NCBI RefSeq assembly: GCF_006345805.1
Contig: NC_043007.1
Span: 23,312,001 to 23,376,000 of the forward strand
Direction of reading: 5' to 3'
Origin: Octopus sinensis
Lineage: Eukaryota
DNA: 64,000 bases
Shown here: one piece after another, positions 1 to 11,303 of the stretch
How the letters are laid out: each line of letters opens with the position of its first letter
Numbering within the stretch: the stretch's first letter is position 1
Made by a program: the position numbers and the translations under genes
Notes under the pieces: model-generated
What the model was told of the DNA's origin: nothing
Databases searched by the model: none
The model's input: only the letters and a program-made list of their open reading frames with translations

Positions 1-36
1 AGCTATTTTTAGCATAAGGGTTTAGCATATATATAT

Positions 37-38
37 AT

Positions 39-110
<72 letters not shown>
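37..110. repeat. (TG)n microsatellite
   Basis: Direct reading. Confidence 0.95.
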
Positions 111-112
<2 letters not shown>

Positions 113-489
113 TGATAGTGACGTCGATGTTTTGTCAGTTATTAGGATCGTCAGTCTCTCTACACTTGTAGTGAATTTTCCATCTAATGTTCTAAGTCGA
201 CTGTAAGCCGTGAATATCTATGTATGTGTATTTTTTCTGTACCTCTCCTCTCATTCTTTGACTTCCATTCTGTCTCTTCCTCATCCTCTCTCGCAATTCT
301 CCGTTCTGTCTACATTTTGCAGACATTGAAGCCTAATTAAGGAGACTGGACTTACTAATTGATCCAACAATTGCTACTTTTGAGAACATGAATGGCCATC
401 GATGGAATAACTAGAGGCAGATGGCGGTGATCGTGTCGTTGGCAAACAGGAGTTGTATGGGTGTCTGAGTGCGCGTGTTAGTGTATATA

Positions 490-894
490 TACTCTTTTAC
501 TCTTTTACTTGTTTCAGTCATTTGACTGCGGCCATGCTGGAGCACCGCCTTTAGTCGAGCAAATCGACCCCGGGACTTATACTTTGTAAGCCCAGTACTT
601 ATTTTATCGGTCTCTTTTGCCGAACCGCTAAGTTACGGGGACGTAAACACACCAGCATCGGTTGTCAAGCAATGCTAGGGGGTCAAACACAGACACACAA
701 ACATATACACACACACATATATATATACATATATACGGCAGGCTTCTTTCAGTTTCCGTCTACCAAATCCACCCACAAGGCATTGGTCAGCCCGGGGCTA
801 TAGCAGAACACTTGCCCAAGATGCCACGCAGTGGGACTGAACCCGCAACCATGTGGTTGGTTAGCAAGCTACTTACCACACAGCCACTCCTGCG
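490..894 (-). mobile_element. tRNA-derived SINE family A, full length
   Basis: Minus strand: head GCAGGAGTGGCTGTGTGGTAAG...GGTTCAGTCCC (A/B-box-like), internal (TA)/(TG) tract, tail GCGGTGCTCCAGCATGGCCGCAGTCAAATGACTGAAAC+(AAGAGTA)n; many near-identical copies in window. Confidence 0.9.
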
Positions 895-904
895 GTGTAT
901 GTAT

Positions 905-1130
905 GTGATATTTGTTGTTGCATAGACCCAAGTTAGCAATGAACGCTCAGATGAACGATCAAACATGCCTTTTAGCCACGATTATTTCGCCCTTTTTCAA
1001 TCAAGTGTAACATCAACCAATTTGTTCTTCATTAATTTTTAAGAGAATGTGGGTTGGGACATCGGAAAGGCTTTGGCTATTTTTGAGCAAGTCAGCGGCC
1101 GCATGGAAGCTCTCTGGGGTGGATAAAACT
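905..1130 (+). repeat. Diverged copy of an unclassified interspersed repeat (family G)
   Basis: Shares motifs (GATCAAA..., TTTGGCTATTT...GCAAGTC) with segments near 33405-33620, 41835-42030, 56690-56890 and minus-strand 55940-56085. Confidence 0.4.
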
Positions 1131-1224
1131 GGTGGGAATTGGGACGCATTTTGCTTGCTCATCAGAACTGGGTGAGCTGTGCTGTTAGTAAACGTTGAAA
1201 TAAAAGTATGAGGTGATGATGAAC

Positions 1225-1284
<60 letters not shown>

Positions 1285-1322
1285 GAAAAAGGTTTTTTTA
1301 AATAAATAAATACAATCCCTTA

Positions 1323-1531
1323 ATATACAATCCTTTAAAATTTGAAATTGCAAAAATTTGGAGTATGGAAACCGTGAAGGTCTTGTCTGTAATAATTCAT
1401 GCATTCGGACTGTGAGTAAATATGTAGACAAATGGTTGACGGAGATTGGAATAGAATACTCTGTAGAGCTTCTACACAAAGTTTGTCTCTTAGAGACAAG
1501 AAAGACTATCAGGAGTATTTTAAGCACCTGA
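1323..1531 (+). pseudogene. 3' remnant of an R4/Dong-clade non-LTR retrotransposon ORF (frameshifted)
   Basis: Hand translation YNPLKFEIAKIWSMETVKVLSVIIHAFG / TVSKYVDKWLTEIGIEYSVELLHKVCLLETRKTIRSILST* resembles the C-terminus of R4/Dong RLE elements. Confidence 0.75.
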
Positions 1532-1556
1532 AAGATTAATGAAAGTTTGTGCATAA

Positions 1557-1630
1557 ATGGCGGTACCCCAGCATGGCCACAGCTCGTGAGCTGAAACTAG
1601 ATAAAATAAATAAATAAAATAAATAAAAAT
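1557..1630 (+). mobile_element. Isolated LINE/SINE 3' tail (GGCGGTACCCCAGCATGGCCACAGCTCGTGAGCTGAAAC + A-rich tail)
   Basis: Homologous to the CR1 3' end at 3628-3670 and to the SINE A tail; further copies at about 2289-2360 and 19369-19430. Confidence 0.7.
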
Positions 1631-1711
1631 ATACCTAAGGTTACAGGTAGTAACCCGCTACACTTATAAATTCTACCAGGAATGAGAACGAAACTGAGTC
1701 AAATCAACGAT

Positions 1712-1935
1712 AATAATGGTTTCAAATTTTGTCACAAGCTAGCAAGTTCGAGAAGGGCTTAAGTCGATTGCATTGACCCCCCCCCCAGTGTTCAAATAGT
1801 ACTTATTTTGTCGACCCCGAAAGAATGAAAGGCAAAGTCGACCTCGGCAGAATTTGAACTCAGAACGTAAAAGACGGACAAAATGGTACTAAGCATTTTG
1901 TCCAACGTGCTAACGATTCTGCCAGCTCGCTGCCT
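1712..1935 (-). mobile_element. tRNA-derived SINE family E (B-type head and core, tail ...TGACAAAATTTGAAACC+(ATT)n)
   Basis: Minus-strand head AGGCAGCGAGCTGGCAGAATCGTTAGCACG and core GTCGACTTTGCCTTTCAT; duplicate at about 2444-2670. Confidence 0.85.
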
Positions 1936-1962
1936 AATAATAATAATAATATAATAATAATA

Positions 1963-2002
<40 letters not shown>

Positions 2003-2054
2003 TAATAATAATAAAAGAAAAAGGTTTTTTTAAATAAATAAATACAATCCCTTA

Positions 2055-2263
2055 ATATACAATCTTTTAAAATTTGAAATTGCAAAAATTTGGAGTATGG
2101 AAACCGTGAAGGTCTTGTCTGTAATAATTCATGCATTCGGACTGTGAGTAAATATGTAGACAAATGGTTGACGGAGATTGGAATAGAATACTCTGTAGAG
2201 CTTCTACACAAAGTTTGTCTCTTAGAGACAAGAAAGACTATCAGGAGTATTTTAAGCACCTGA
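2055..2263 (+). pseudogene. Duplicate of the R4/Dong remnant
   Basis: Second unit of the 732-bp duplication. Confidence 0.75.
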
Positions 2264-2669
2264 AAGATTAATGAAAGTTTGTGCATAAATGGCGGTACCC
2301 CAGCATGGCCACAGCTCGTGAGCTGAAACTAGATAAAATAAAATAAAATAAAATAAATAAAAATATACCTAAGGTTACAGGTAGTAACCCGCTACACTTA
2401 TAAATTCTACCAGGAATGAGAACGAAACTGAGTCAAATCAACGATAATAATGGTTTCAAATTTTGTCACAAGCTAGCAAGTTCGAGAAGGGCTTAAGTCG
2501 ATTGCATTGACCCCCCCCCCCAGTGTTCAAATAGTACTTATTTTGTCGACCCCGAAAGAATGAAAGGCAAAGTCGACCTCGGCAGAATTTGAACTCAGAA
2601 CGTAAAAGACGGACAAAATGGTACTAAGCATTTTGTCCAACGTGCTAACGATTCTGCCAGCTCGCTGCC

Positions 2670-2728
<59 letters not shown>

Positions 2729-2817
2729 CATATCAACATCACCATCATCATCAGCATCAGCATCAGCATCATCATCATCACCATCACCATCATCATCATC
2801 ATCATCATCAACATCAC

Positions 2818-2849
<32 letters not shown>

Positions 2850-2923
2850 CCATCAGCATCAGCATCATCATCATCACCATCACCATCATCATCATCATCA
2901 TCATCATCACCATCAACATCACC

Positions 2924-2967
<44 letters not shown>

Positions 2968-3050
2968 CATCACCATCATCATCATCATCATCATCAACAT
3001 CATCATCATTATTATCATTATTATTATTATTATTATAACGACAATAACAA
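2670..3050. repeat. Compound (AAT)n/(CAT)n/(ATT)n microsatellite
   Basis: Direct reading; explains the poly-N/I/M ORFs. Confidence 0.95.
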
Positions 3051-3464
3051 CAGCAATGTTCTATAGAAGAAAAGAAGCCGTTTAATTATCCACGTGAGAC
3101 TTTTAATGCTGGAATGCATCAAGAAAATTCTTTGATCTTACCGTCTGGGACTGTATAGGTAGTGAAAGAATTATTGGGAGACTGCTCATTAGAGATGATG
3201 GCAAGATCAAACAGGAATCTTGATTAGATGCAATCGTTGAATTAGCATTACACCTGTCTTTCATGGTTTGAAATAATGTAATTCTGTGTAGGTGTTTTTT
3301 TTTTTTTTGTGAACTGATGTATATCGAGCAGGGAGTGTTTATGGTTGTATTGGTATAAAAGTGACCGGACTTATTAATTGTGTAGACGAGTACGTGTGTA
3401 TGTAGACATGCGGTTATGTTAGTAAGTTCAAAATTGCGAACAACACACGCACGCACGGACACAC

Positions 3465-3499
<35 letters not shown>

Positions 3500-3535
3500 A
3501 CACACACACACACACACACATACACACACACACAT

Positions 3536-3606
<71 letters not shown>

Positions 3607-3610
<4 letters not shown>

Positions 3611-4470
3611 CCTTAAATCCTTAAAAATGTTTTAGCCCGAAGGCCGCGGCCATGCTGGGGCACCACCGCTGAATGGGATACACTAGTTTGTGAATCCACC
3701 TCTGATACGTGGCACTTGATCAACAAGGGAGTTCGATGCTGCTGCCCGCATCCGTGTCTCCTGTTGTGAGGTAGGTTCATCTGGGACTCCAACAAGAAGA
3801 GATCCAGTTTAGTTTTAAAGAAACCCACATCCACACCATGTAAGTCTCTCAGGCATTTAGGGAGGATATTAAAGAGCTGTGGTCCTCTGAAACCCAAGCT
3901 GTTGCAGTATCTGGACCTGTATTTTGATGGTGATGTTGGAATCCTTGGCACCACGCAGCGGCGCCCCGTTCTGCGGTTGGAGTAACTTTGAATGCCAAAG
4001 TTTGGGACAAGACCTTCCAGGATTTTCCAGATGTATATCACTGCATATCTCTCCCGCCTCCGCTCCAGGGAGAAGAGGTTTAATACCTTCAGTCTTTCCC
4101 AGTAGCTGACATTTTGCATTGAGACGATTTTCTTGTGTAGCTTCTCTGAGTTGCTTCGAGTTCTGCTGTTTGTTTTATATTGTGTGGTGACCAAAGTTGG
4201 AAGCAGTAGTCCAAGCGGCTGAGGACAAATGTTTTCCATAGGACCATCAGTGTCTCCTTCTCTCTTGTTCTGAAAGTTCGGAGAATCCATCCAGCTAGCC
4301 GTCTGCATTTTATCACCAGATTAGCAATATGCATTTGGAAAGATGCATCATTGCTCATGTCAATGCCCAGGTCACGCACTGATTTTGCAGAGAAATTGAG
4401 CGTTAAACATTGTCGAGTAGGATATTCCTGGTTATGTAATACAATCTGCGAGTGAGTAATCATCGGACGA
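3607..4470 (-). pseudogene. 5'-truncated CR1-group LINE: RT C-terminal region, 3' UTR and tail
   Basis: Frames give SVRDLGIDMSNDASF...WILRTFRTRE...SRLDYCFQLWSPH and SYWERLKVLNLFSLERRRERY...GPQLFNILP, typical of the post-RT region of CR1/L2-group ORF2; ends in (TTTAAGGA)2 next to (TA)n. Confidence 0.9.
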
Positions 4471-5054
4471 ACACACACATAACACACACACCACACACAA
4501 CACACACACACATACACACACACAAATAAAATAAAAACACGCGCATACACGCACACACGAACACACACCACGCACACGTACTTACACACACAGAAATATG
4601 TTGGGGCTCCGGAGGGCCCTTTTAGAGCCAGGTTAAATATTCACTGGTACCCTTAGAATCCAAAAGAAGTGCAACGTTACACCATTAGCTAATTATATAT
4701 GGCAATTGAAAGAAGAAGGAATGCCGTACAAAATCAACTGAAAACCGCTGGAACAACCTGGGTCATACCTGAAAGAAAGAAAACGGTGCAAACCTTACTT
4801 GGGCGAAAGGAGAATAATTCTACAAAATTCGTACGATCCGAGTAACTTAATGAATACACAAACCAAAATTTTAGCCGCCACACTCATGACAGAGAATTTG
4901 TTTTACAAACATGGTTTTCCATATTTTCGAACTAGAGTACGGAAAACATGTACCATGGAAAGTAGCTCTGATTTGCCTCACGGAAAATGTTATATCGCTT
5001 AATTTCGCTTTTTATCACCACACAGCTGACCAGGACTTTATATTCACCTCCAGC

Positions 5055-5055
<1 letters not shown>

Positions 5056-5152
<97 letters not shown>

Positions 5153-5167
5153 TAGATAGATAGAAAT

Positions 5168-5232
<65 letters not shown>

Positions 5233-5266
5233 CAGATAGACAGATAGATAGATAGATAGATAGATA
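5056..5266. repeat. (GATA)n microsatellite
   Basis: Direct reading; resumes at 5738-5810. Confidence 0.95.
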
Positions 5267-5737
5267 TGTTTCTTTATTAGCCACACTGGGCTGCACACAG
5301 ACAGAACAAATTACAAGGTAGAGCTTTTCTTTTGGGGGTAAAAAAAAGGGGGCGTTGGTTTTCGATCAAAAGGGATCGTAAAAGGAAAGAAAGAGGACAA
5401 AAAATTGATCAATAGGGATCGTAATCACAAAGTCAATATGAAGTGTAAAGGGGAGGACAGGTGAGGTTTACCCGTGGAAGGAAAAGCCTACGGAAAAGAC
5501 CACGGTAACCTCGGTCAATGAAGTCACATGTTATATTTCTTTTTTTTTTTTTTGCAAATAAGCAACTCTCTGTATTAATTTTTACGGTTCATAGAATCAT
5601 AGTCAAGGTGGCTTCGTCATTCATACGTGCCGTCCTTGCTACATTCACCCATCTTTTTTTAAAACATTCACTAGACAAAACTTGCCTCTCTACTCTCACT
5701 TTCCTCTTCAAGTGATACTTGAAGAAGTTGATGAGAG
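5267..5737 (-). mobile_element. 5'-truncated Tx1/L1-type LINE 3' end embedded in (GATA)n
   Basis: Minus 5735-5589 reads LINFFKYHLKRKVRVERQVLSSECFKKRWVNVARTARMNDEATLTMIL*, resembling Tx1-like ORF2 C-termini; 3' UTR ends AATAAAGAAACATA+(TCTA)n. Confidence 0.7.
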
Positions 5738-5740
5738 ATT

Positions 5741-5811
<71 letters not shown>

Positions 5812-6109
5812 TACAAAGTTGGGTTAAAAGTTAAAAAAAAAATTAGATAGTTGCGTAACAAGAGAGATAGGCAGGAAGATAGAGATAAACAATAGCATAG
5901 ATAAATAGATATATCGTTAGTTTAAAAAAAACCCAGGTAAACAGATAGCAAGACTGATAGTAACATAGATACAAAGATATTTGCAAAGATAAATAGGTAG
6001 ATTGATAACAACACAGACTGAGACAAGCAGGCACCACTGATAGACACCAGATAGTTGGTTCTAAGACGAAACCACATGTGTCCATCATTGCGTGAAAGAC
6101 ATGATGGAC

Positions 6110-6287
6110 TCTCGTATACACACAAGCAAACACACACAAACACACACAAACATACATACATGCATACATACATACATACACACACACACACCATACATAC
6201 ATACATACATACATACATACATACATACATACATACATACACACACACACACCATACATACATACATACATAAATGCATACATACAT

Positions 6288-6320
<33 letters not shown>

Positions 6321-6712
6321 TACATACATACATACATACATACATACATACATACATACATACACACACACCACCATACATACATACTACATAAATGCAT
6401 ACATACATACATACATACATACATACATAATGCATACATACATACATACATACATACATACACACACACACACCATACATACATCATACATACATACATA
6501 CAACATACATACATACATACATACAACATACATACATACATACATACATACACTACATACATACATACATACATACATACACATACATACATACTACATA
6601 CATACATAAATGCATACATACATACATACATACATACATAAATGCATACATACATACATACATACATACATACACACACACACATACATACATACATATA
6701 TACATATATACA

Positions 6713-6746
<34 letters not shown>

Positions 6747-6905
6747 CATACATGCATAGACACACACACGCGCACATATATGAGTATATATACATGCATA
6801 CACACATACACATATATGTCTGAACGTTTATATATGCATATACATATATATATATATATATCGATACATATATATCATGTATATTATATATATATATTAT
6901 ATATA

Positions 6906-6957
<52 letters not shown>

Positions 6958-6960
6958 GCA
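6110..6960. repeat. Compound (TACA)n/(CA)n/(TA)n microsatellite
   Basis: Direct reading. Confidence 0.95.
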
Positions 6961-7469
6961 CACACGTGCACGCATAAATGGTGTGTGGCGGGTGAGTGCG
7001 TGCGCATATGCAGTCCAGCAGACGTGCTCTGGTTTCATCCTGCAAATACAGTAAATAGTTTCTGTCTGGCTAATATAGCTTCGAATCTACCAGAATCGCA
7101 GAAACCTTAGTCATCTGAAACCGTCCAACATATCACATTTATCCTCGGTGGACCTATCCATAACATAGAAAGCTACCGTGCAATACAAAAGAAAAAAAAA
7201 AAGAAAATTATGTCTTAAACTATCTTTTCCGTTCAGCCTCGCCACCAAAGGAGGTTTCTTGTTCGCGGGTTAGCTTTCTATCTGTCCAATCCAACAATGA
7301 CAAACACACTGTAGTTGACAGTAATACATGCAAATGTATGTACGGACGCTTGAACGTAACTCTTATATGTACCTCTGCGTTATTTATTATCGATATTTAG
7401 TTACAATATGTATATATAGGCATTGGTGTTTCCGCCAATTAAACTAACGTACAGTTGTTCATGTGTCTG

Positions 7470-7631
7470 CATATACATACATACATACATACATACATAC
7501 ATAATACATACATACATACATACATACATACATACATACATACGTACGTACGTACGTACGTACATACATACATACATACATACATACATACATACATACA
7601 TACATACATACATGTATACATACATACATAC

Positions 7632-7662
<31 letters not shown>

Positions 7663-7715
7663 CATACATACATACATACATACATACATACATACATACA
7701 TACATACATACGTAC
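7470..7715. repeat. (TACA)n microsatellite
   Basis: Direct reading. Confidence 0.95.
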
Positions 7716-7835
7716 GTAGTACCTTTGCGCTTATATGTATCAATGTTTTTTATGCTGAGTTACGAGAACTACAATTTTACCGTAATCTGAAGTATTACTC
7801 AATACATTTTGTAGAGTACATAGTCTTTAATAAAA

Positions 7836-8000
7836 GACGCAGGCTGGCTGTGTGGTTAGAATCTCGCCTCCCAACCAAATAGTTCTGGGTTCAGTCTTAC
7901 CGCATAGTTCCTTGGGCAAGTGTCTTGCACTATAAACTCGTGCCGATCAAAACCGTGTAAGTCGATTTTGTCGGCGGAAACTGAAAGCAACATGTCGTGT
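7836..8000 (+). mobile_element. SINE A 5' half, diverged
   Basis: GCAGGCTGGCTGTGTGGTTAG...GGGTTCAGTC...CTTGGGCAAGTGTCTT. Confidence 0.75.
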
Positions 8001-8003
8001 ATG

Positions 8004-8075
<72 letters not shown>

Positions 8076-8782
8076 ATACATGTCTCACTGTATCAACGAC
8101 CAAACAATTGGATGCTGTTACACACTACTGGTCACAATGCGTTTCCTCGAATGATGCCACCCCAATGGCTAGCCAGGCCGCTAATAATTATCCTTTAACA
8201 AGAGGCGGGTCCGTCCCAGGGTTCTTCACACGCACATATGACATGTATACAATTAAACATCTGAATATGGTAAAAACAACATAATGTATAAGTACTGATA
8301 TTAAGATAAGTATCTATATGAGATTCAAGACTTTGCGATGCCAAAGTTTCATGTGTGATATACACAATCATCAGTAGAGCATGAAGGGTCTTAAATAACC
8401 ATCCACATCCCATTTGAAGTACCGCAGTAAAACATGAAAATTTGACATGTCAAACTCTGGTGTGCCGTGCAGATATTTAATGCACATAGAGATTATGTGG
8501 TTTATTGTATATTTATATGTTTTACTGTACTCATATTTTACTCATATTTTAATCTGATTTACCTGAAGGCATGGAGCACTATTTTGACGTTTTATGGATT
8601 GCAAATAGTAATTTAATACGCGCGCGTATTGAATTATTAGTTTAGATACACGGATTCTTTGAAATGACCAGCATGTTACCTCTGTTTTCATTTCCAGAAA
8701 AAATTAGTATTATATTAGATGCATTTTAAATAGGGAGATTACTGAAATTTAGGTTTTTTCTTACTGAGGGCTAAATATATAA

Positions 8783-9177
8783 TACTAGCAGTATCGCCCG
8801 GCGTTGCTCGGGTTTGTAAGGGAAATAACTATATAAGCATTTTTAGAGATGTAAAGTATAATAGCCATCTCAATATGGCTAACCACAAAGGGGGGTGTTA
8901 CTGTAGCTTTTTACGTTCTGAGATTTAATAATAAATTTTTAAAGAGTTACTTCCCTTATATATGCCAAAACTGCATTAAAATGGGAAAAATTGATGGTAA
9001 TTTTTTTTTAATCGTAGACTCATCGTAGACGCGCGCTAATACCCAGAAGGGCTCGATATGAATCACAACTATAAGATACCCGGTTTTGGCTAAACTGCAC
9101 CGCAAAATGTGGGAGTGGTTAGGAATCTAAATCGTAGGAGACAGACAGCACACAACCTCACTTTTATATATAAAGAT
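8783..9177 (+). mobile_element. Helitron/Helentron-type non-autonomous element (HINE/Lep1-like)
   Basis: Starts TACTAGCAGTATCGCCCGGCGTTGCTCGGG (small hairpin) and ends CACTTTTATATATAAAGAT before T; terminal architecture as in HINE-like elements. Confidence 0.65.
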
Positions 9178-9607
9178 TTCAGTACTGTTTAACTAAAAGA
9201 GTTTTATTTTTCCAAAGAATTCATTTCGTTTCCGGTAAACTGAGTATATATATTGCACAATATTTATATCTACAATTATCCATAAACAACGATGTTAACG
9301 AACTTTTTTGTTTTCATCGCTATGATATCGCTTTCTGGTTCATTCGAAGGAGACTCAACTGCTATTTCTTGCAGGCCGAGTAACCTGTAAAAGCTTTCAC
9401 AGCTGTGAATATTCGTATGTTAGTAATAATTGTGGAAAACGTTTAATATAAACAAAGGATTCATTTTTATATTCTACAATATTAACATTACAGTGAAATA
9501 TCTGAGCCCAAAATAAGTGGTAAATGATAAAAGTTTCAGTGAATTGTTTTTATTTTCGATAAGGAATGTTTTCATGAGATTTTGCTCATAATTTCTCAGT
9601 TGTTGTA

Positions 9608-10010
9608 TACTCTTTTAGTCTTTTACTTGTTTCAGTCATTTGACTGCGGCCATGCTGGAGCACCGCCTTTAGTCGAGCAAATCGACCCCGAGACTTATTC
9701 TTTGTAAGCCCAGTACTTATTCTATCGGTCTCTTTTGCCGAACCGCTAAGTGACGGGGACGTAAACACACCAGCATCGGTTGTCAAGCAATGCTAGGGGG
9801 ACAAACACAGACACACAAACACACACATACACATATATATATATATACGACAGGCTTCTTTCAGTTTCTGTCTACCAAATCCACTCACAAGGCATTGGTC
9901 GGCCCGGGGCTATAGCAGAAGACACTTTCCCAAGATGCCACGCAGTGGGACTGAACCCGGAACCATGTGGTTGGTTAGCAAGCTACTTACCACACAGCCA
10001 CTCCTGCGCC
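9608..10010 (-). mobile_element. SINE A, full length
   Basis: Near-identical to 490-894. Confidence 0.9.
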
Positions 10011-10861
10011 TATATCAACAAATGTTTATACGGAATATAATACATTTACCTTACAAACGGCAGAATTGACTGTTTTACTAACTAAAGGCTTTTATACAAG
10101 TTAACAAATCTAAAAATAAGTACTTGCAAGTGACAGTAACAACGGCATTCAATAAATCAAAATAGGTTTACGGTAGAATTAACTGTTTTACTGACTGAAG
10201 CTTTTAGTAAATCTCTCACCATTTTATAACCTTTCTCTTTCTTCCAGTCTCCCTGTCATTATCTTTCTCTTTTTCTTCACACATTTGTATTTGAAAGTGA
10301 AATATTCATGACCATGTTTTTCGGTGGTATGCGAGGTAAAAAAAGAGTTTTCACCGAAAATAAACATAAACCTTATTTTTCCTTAAGTTGCATATGTGAA
10401 TTCACTGCTTTTTTTTTTTTTTTACCTTCACCAAATAAATTACTTGGAAATCATCGACTGCGTAAATTATGACGTTGTAATGGAAATAAATCGAAATTTT
10501 CAAATGAAATATAGAACAAAGGAAAATATCAAATCCATTACTTCCATGTAACTTTCTCTATTCAAAATCATGATTGAAATGACATCATAATGGAACATTT
10601 TATCAAATTCCACAAATTGTCTTGTTTACGAAACCATGGCAACAGCGTGTCTCAAACAAATGGACGGAGAAATACTGCTCTTATAGTATAGTTTCCTTGC
10701 ATAAATACATCGTCATCAACGGCATATCCTGTCAGTATTGTTGATGCTATATCTGTTCGATTACCAACCCTGTACTATTGCACAAACGTGAAGCATCCAA
10801 GTTTCTATGAACACTAACTGAGACTCTTCAACATTTATTTGTGATGTATAGTACACCAGGT

Positions 10862-11303
10862 GGATCTTTTCGGTTTGAACGGCAGTTTTTTCTAGCGGTG
10901 TCATATGAAATTGTCACCCATAATTATGACCCTAGTATCGATCTATTGCATTTCAATCTGTTTTAGGGTTAGGGTTAGTTAGGGTTAGGGTTAGGGTTAG
11001 GGGTGGGGGGAAGGGTATCTTTTTTTCTTCACAAATGTAAATAAACCCAATCTGTTTCTTAAACGAGGGGGATATTCATACGGCACAGAATGTTTTTTAC
11101 CTCAATAGATGTCATTGATTGGTTGAAATTGCAGAAATTGAAGAAAAAAACAACAACAAATATCTTACAAACTATAGAAACTTCTCAATAAAGCCAGTAG
11201 AAAAAGATATTTTATAAACACATTCTACCAGTATACGAAGTTTAAAAGTGTTTAGTTACGTGGAAATTATTTTTAAAAACTGCCGTTCAAACCGAAAAGA
11301 TGC
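10862..11303 (+). mobile_element. hAT-type MITE with internal (TTAGGG)n
   Basis: TIRs GGATCTTTTCGGTTTGAACGGCAGTTTTT / AAAAACTGCCGTTCAAACCGAAAAGATGC; 8-bp TSD CACCAGGT at 10854-10861 and 11304-11311. Confidence 0.85.

Larger units (their letters stand above)
1281..2728. repeat. Recent head-to-tail tandem duplication, period about 732 bp, bounded by (AAT)n
   Basis: Unit starts AAAAGAAAAAGG at 1281 and 2013; copies differ only by about one substitution and homopolymer/microsatellite length. Confidence 0.92.

Noticed and set aside
241-336. Strong polypyrimidine tract ending CAG at 320, then (G)AC ATT GAA GCC TAA
   Set aside because: All frames stop within six codons. It could be a terminal exon, but nothing else supports that.
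662-925. Recurrent ORFs MSSNARG.../CHAVGLNPEPCGW (also 9780, 18106, 54751, 56200, 60573)
   Set aside because: They are read-through of SINE A copies, not a gene family.
1162-2286. Two similar minus-strand ORFs MHKLSLIFQVL...
   Set aside because: They are the antisense of the duplicated R4/Dong remnant running into (ATT)n.
2618-7790. Long ORFs of poly-I/N/M, YLSI, HTYI and MYVC type (also at 16-18, 21-23, 25-26, 31-33, 51 and 58 kb)
   Set aside because: They are translations of microsatellites, which lack stop codons in some frames.
8195-8262. EGF-like CACEEPWDGPASC on the minus strand
   Set aside because: The G-to-C spacing is off by one, the frame stops immediately, and there is no donor site.
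10963-11001. TTAGGG array as a chromosome end or fusion site
   Set aside because: It lies inside a TIR/TSD-bounded MITE with a second copy at 30164-30577.
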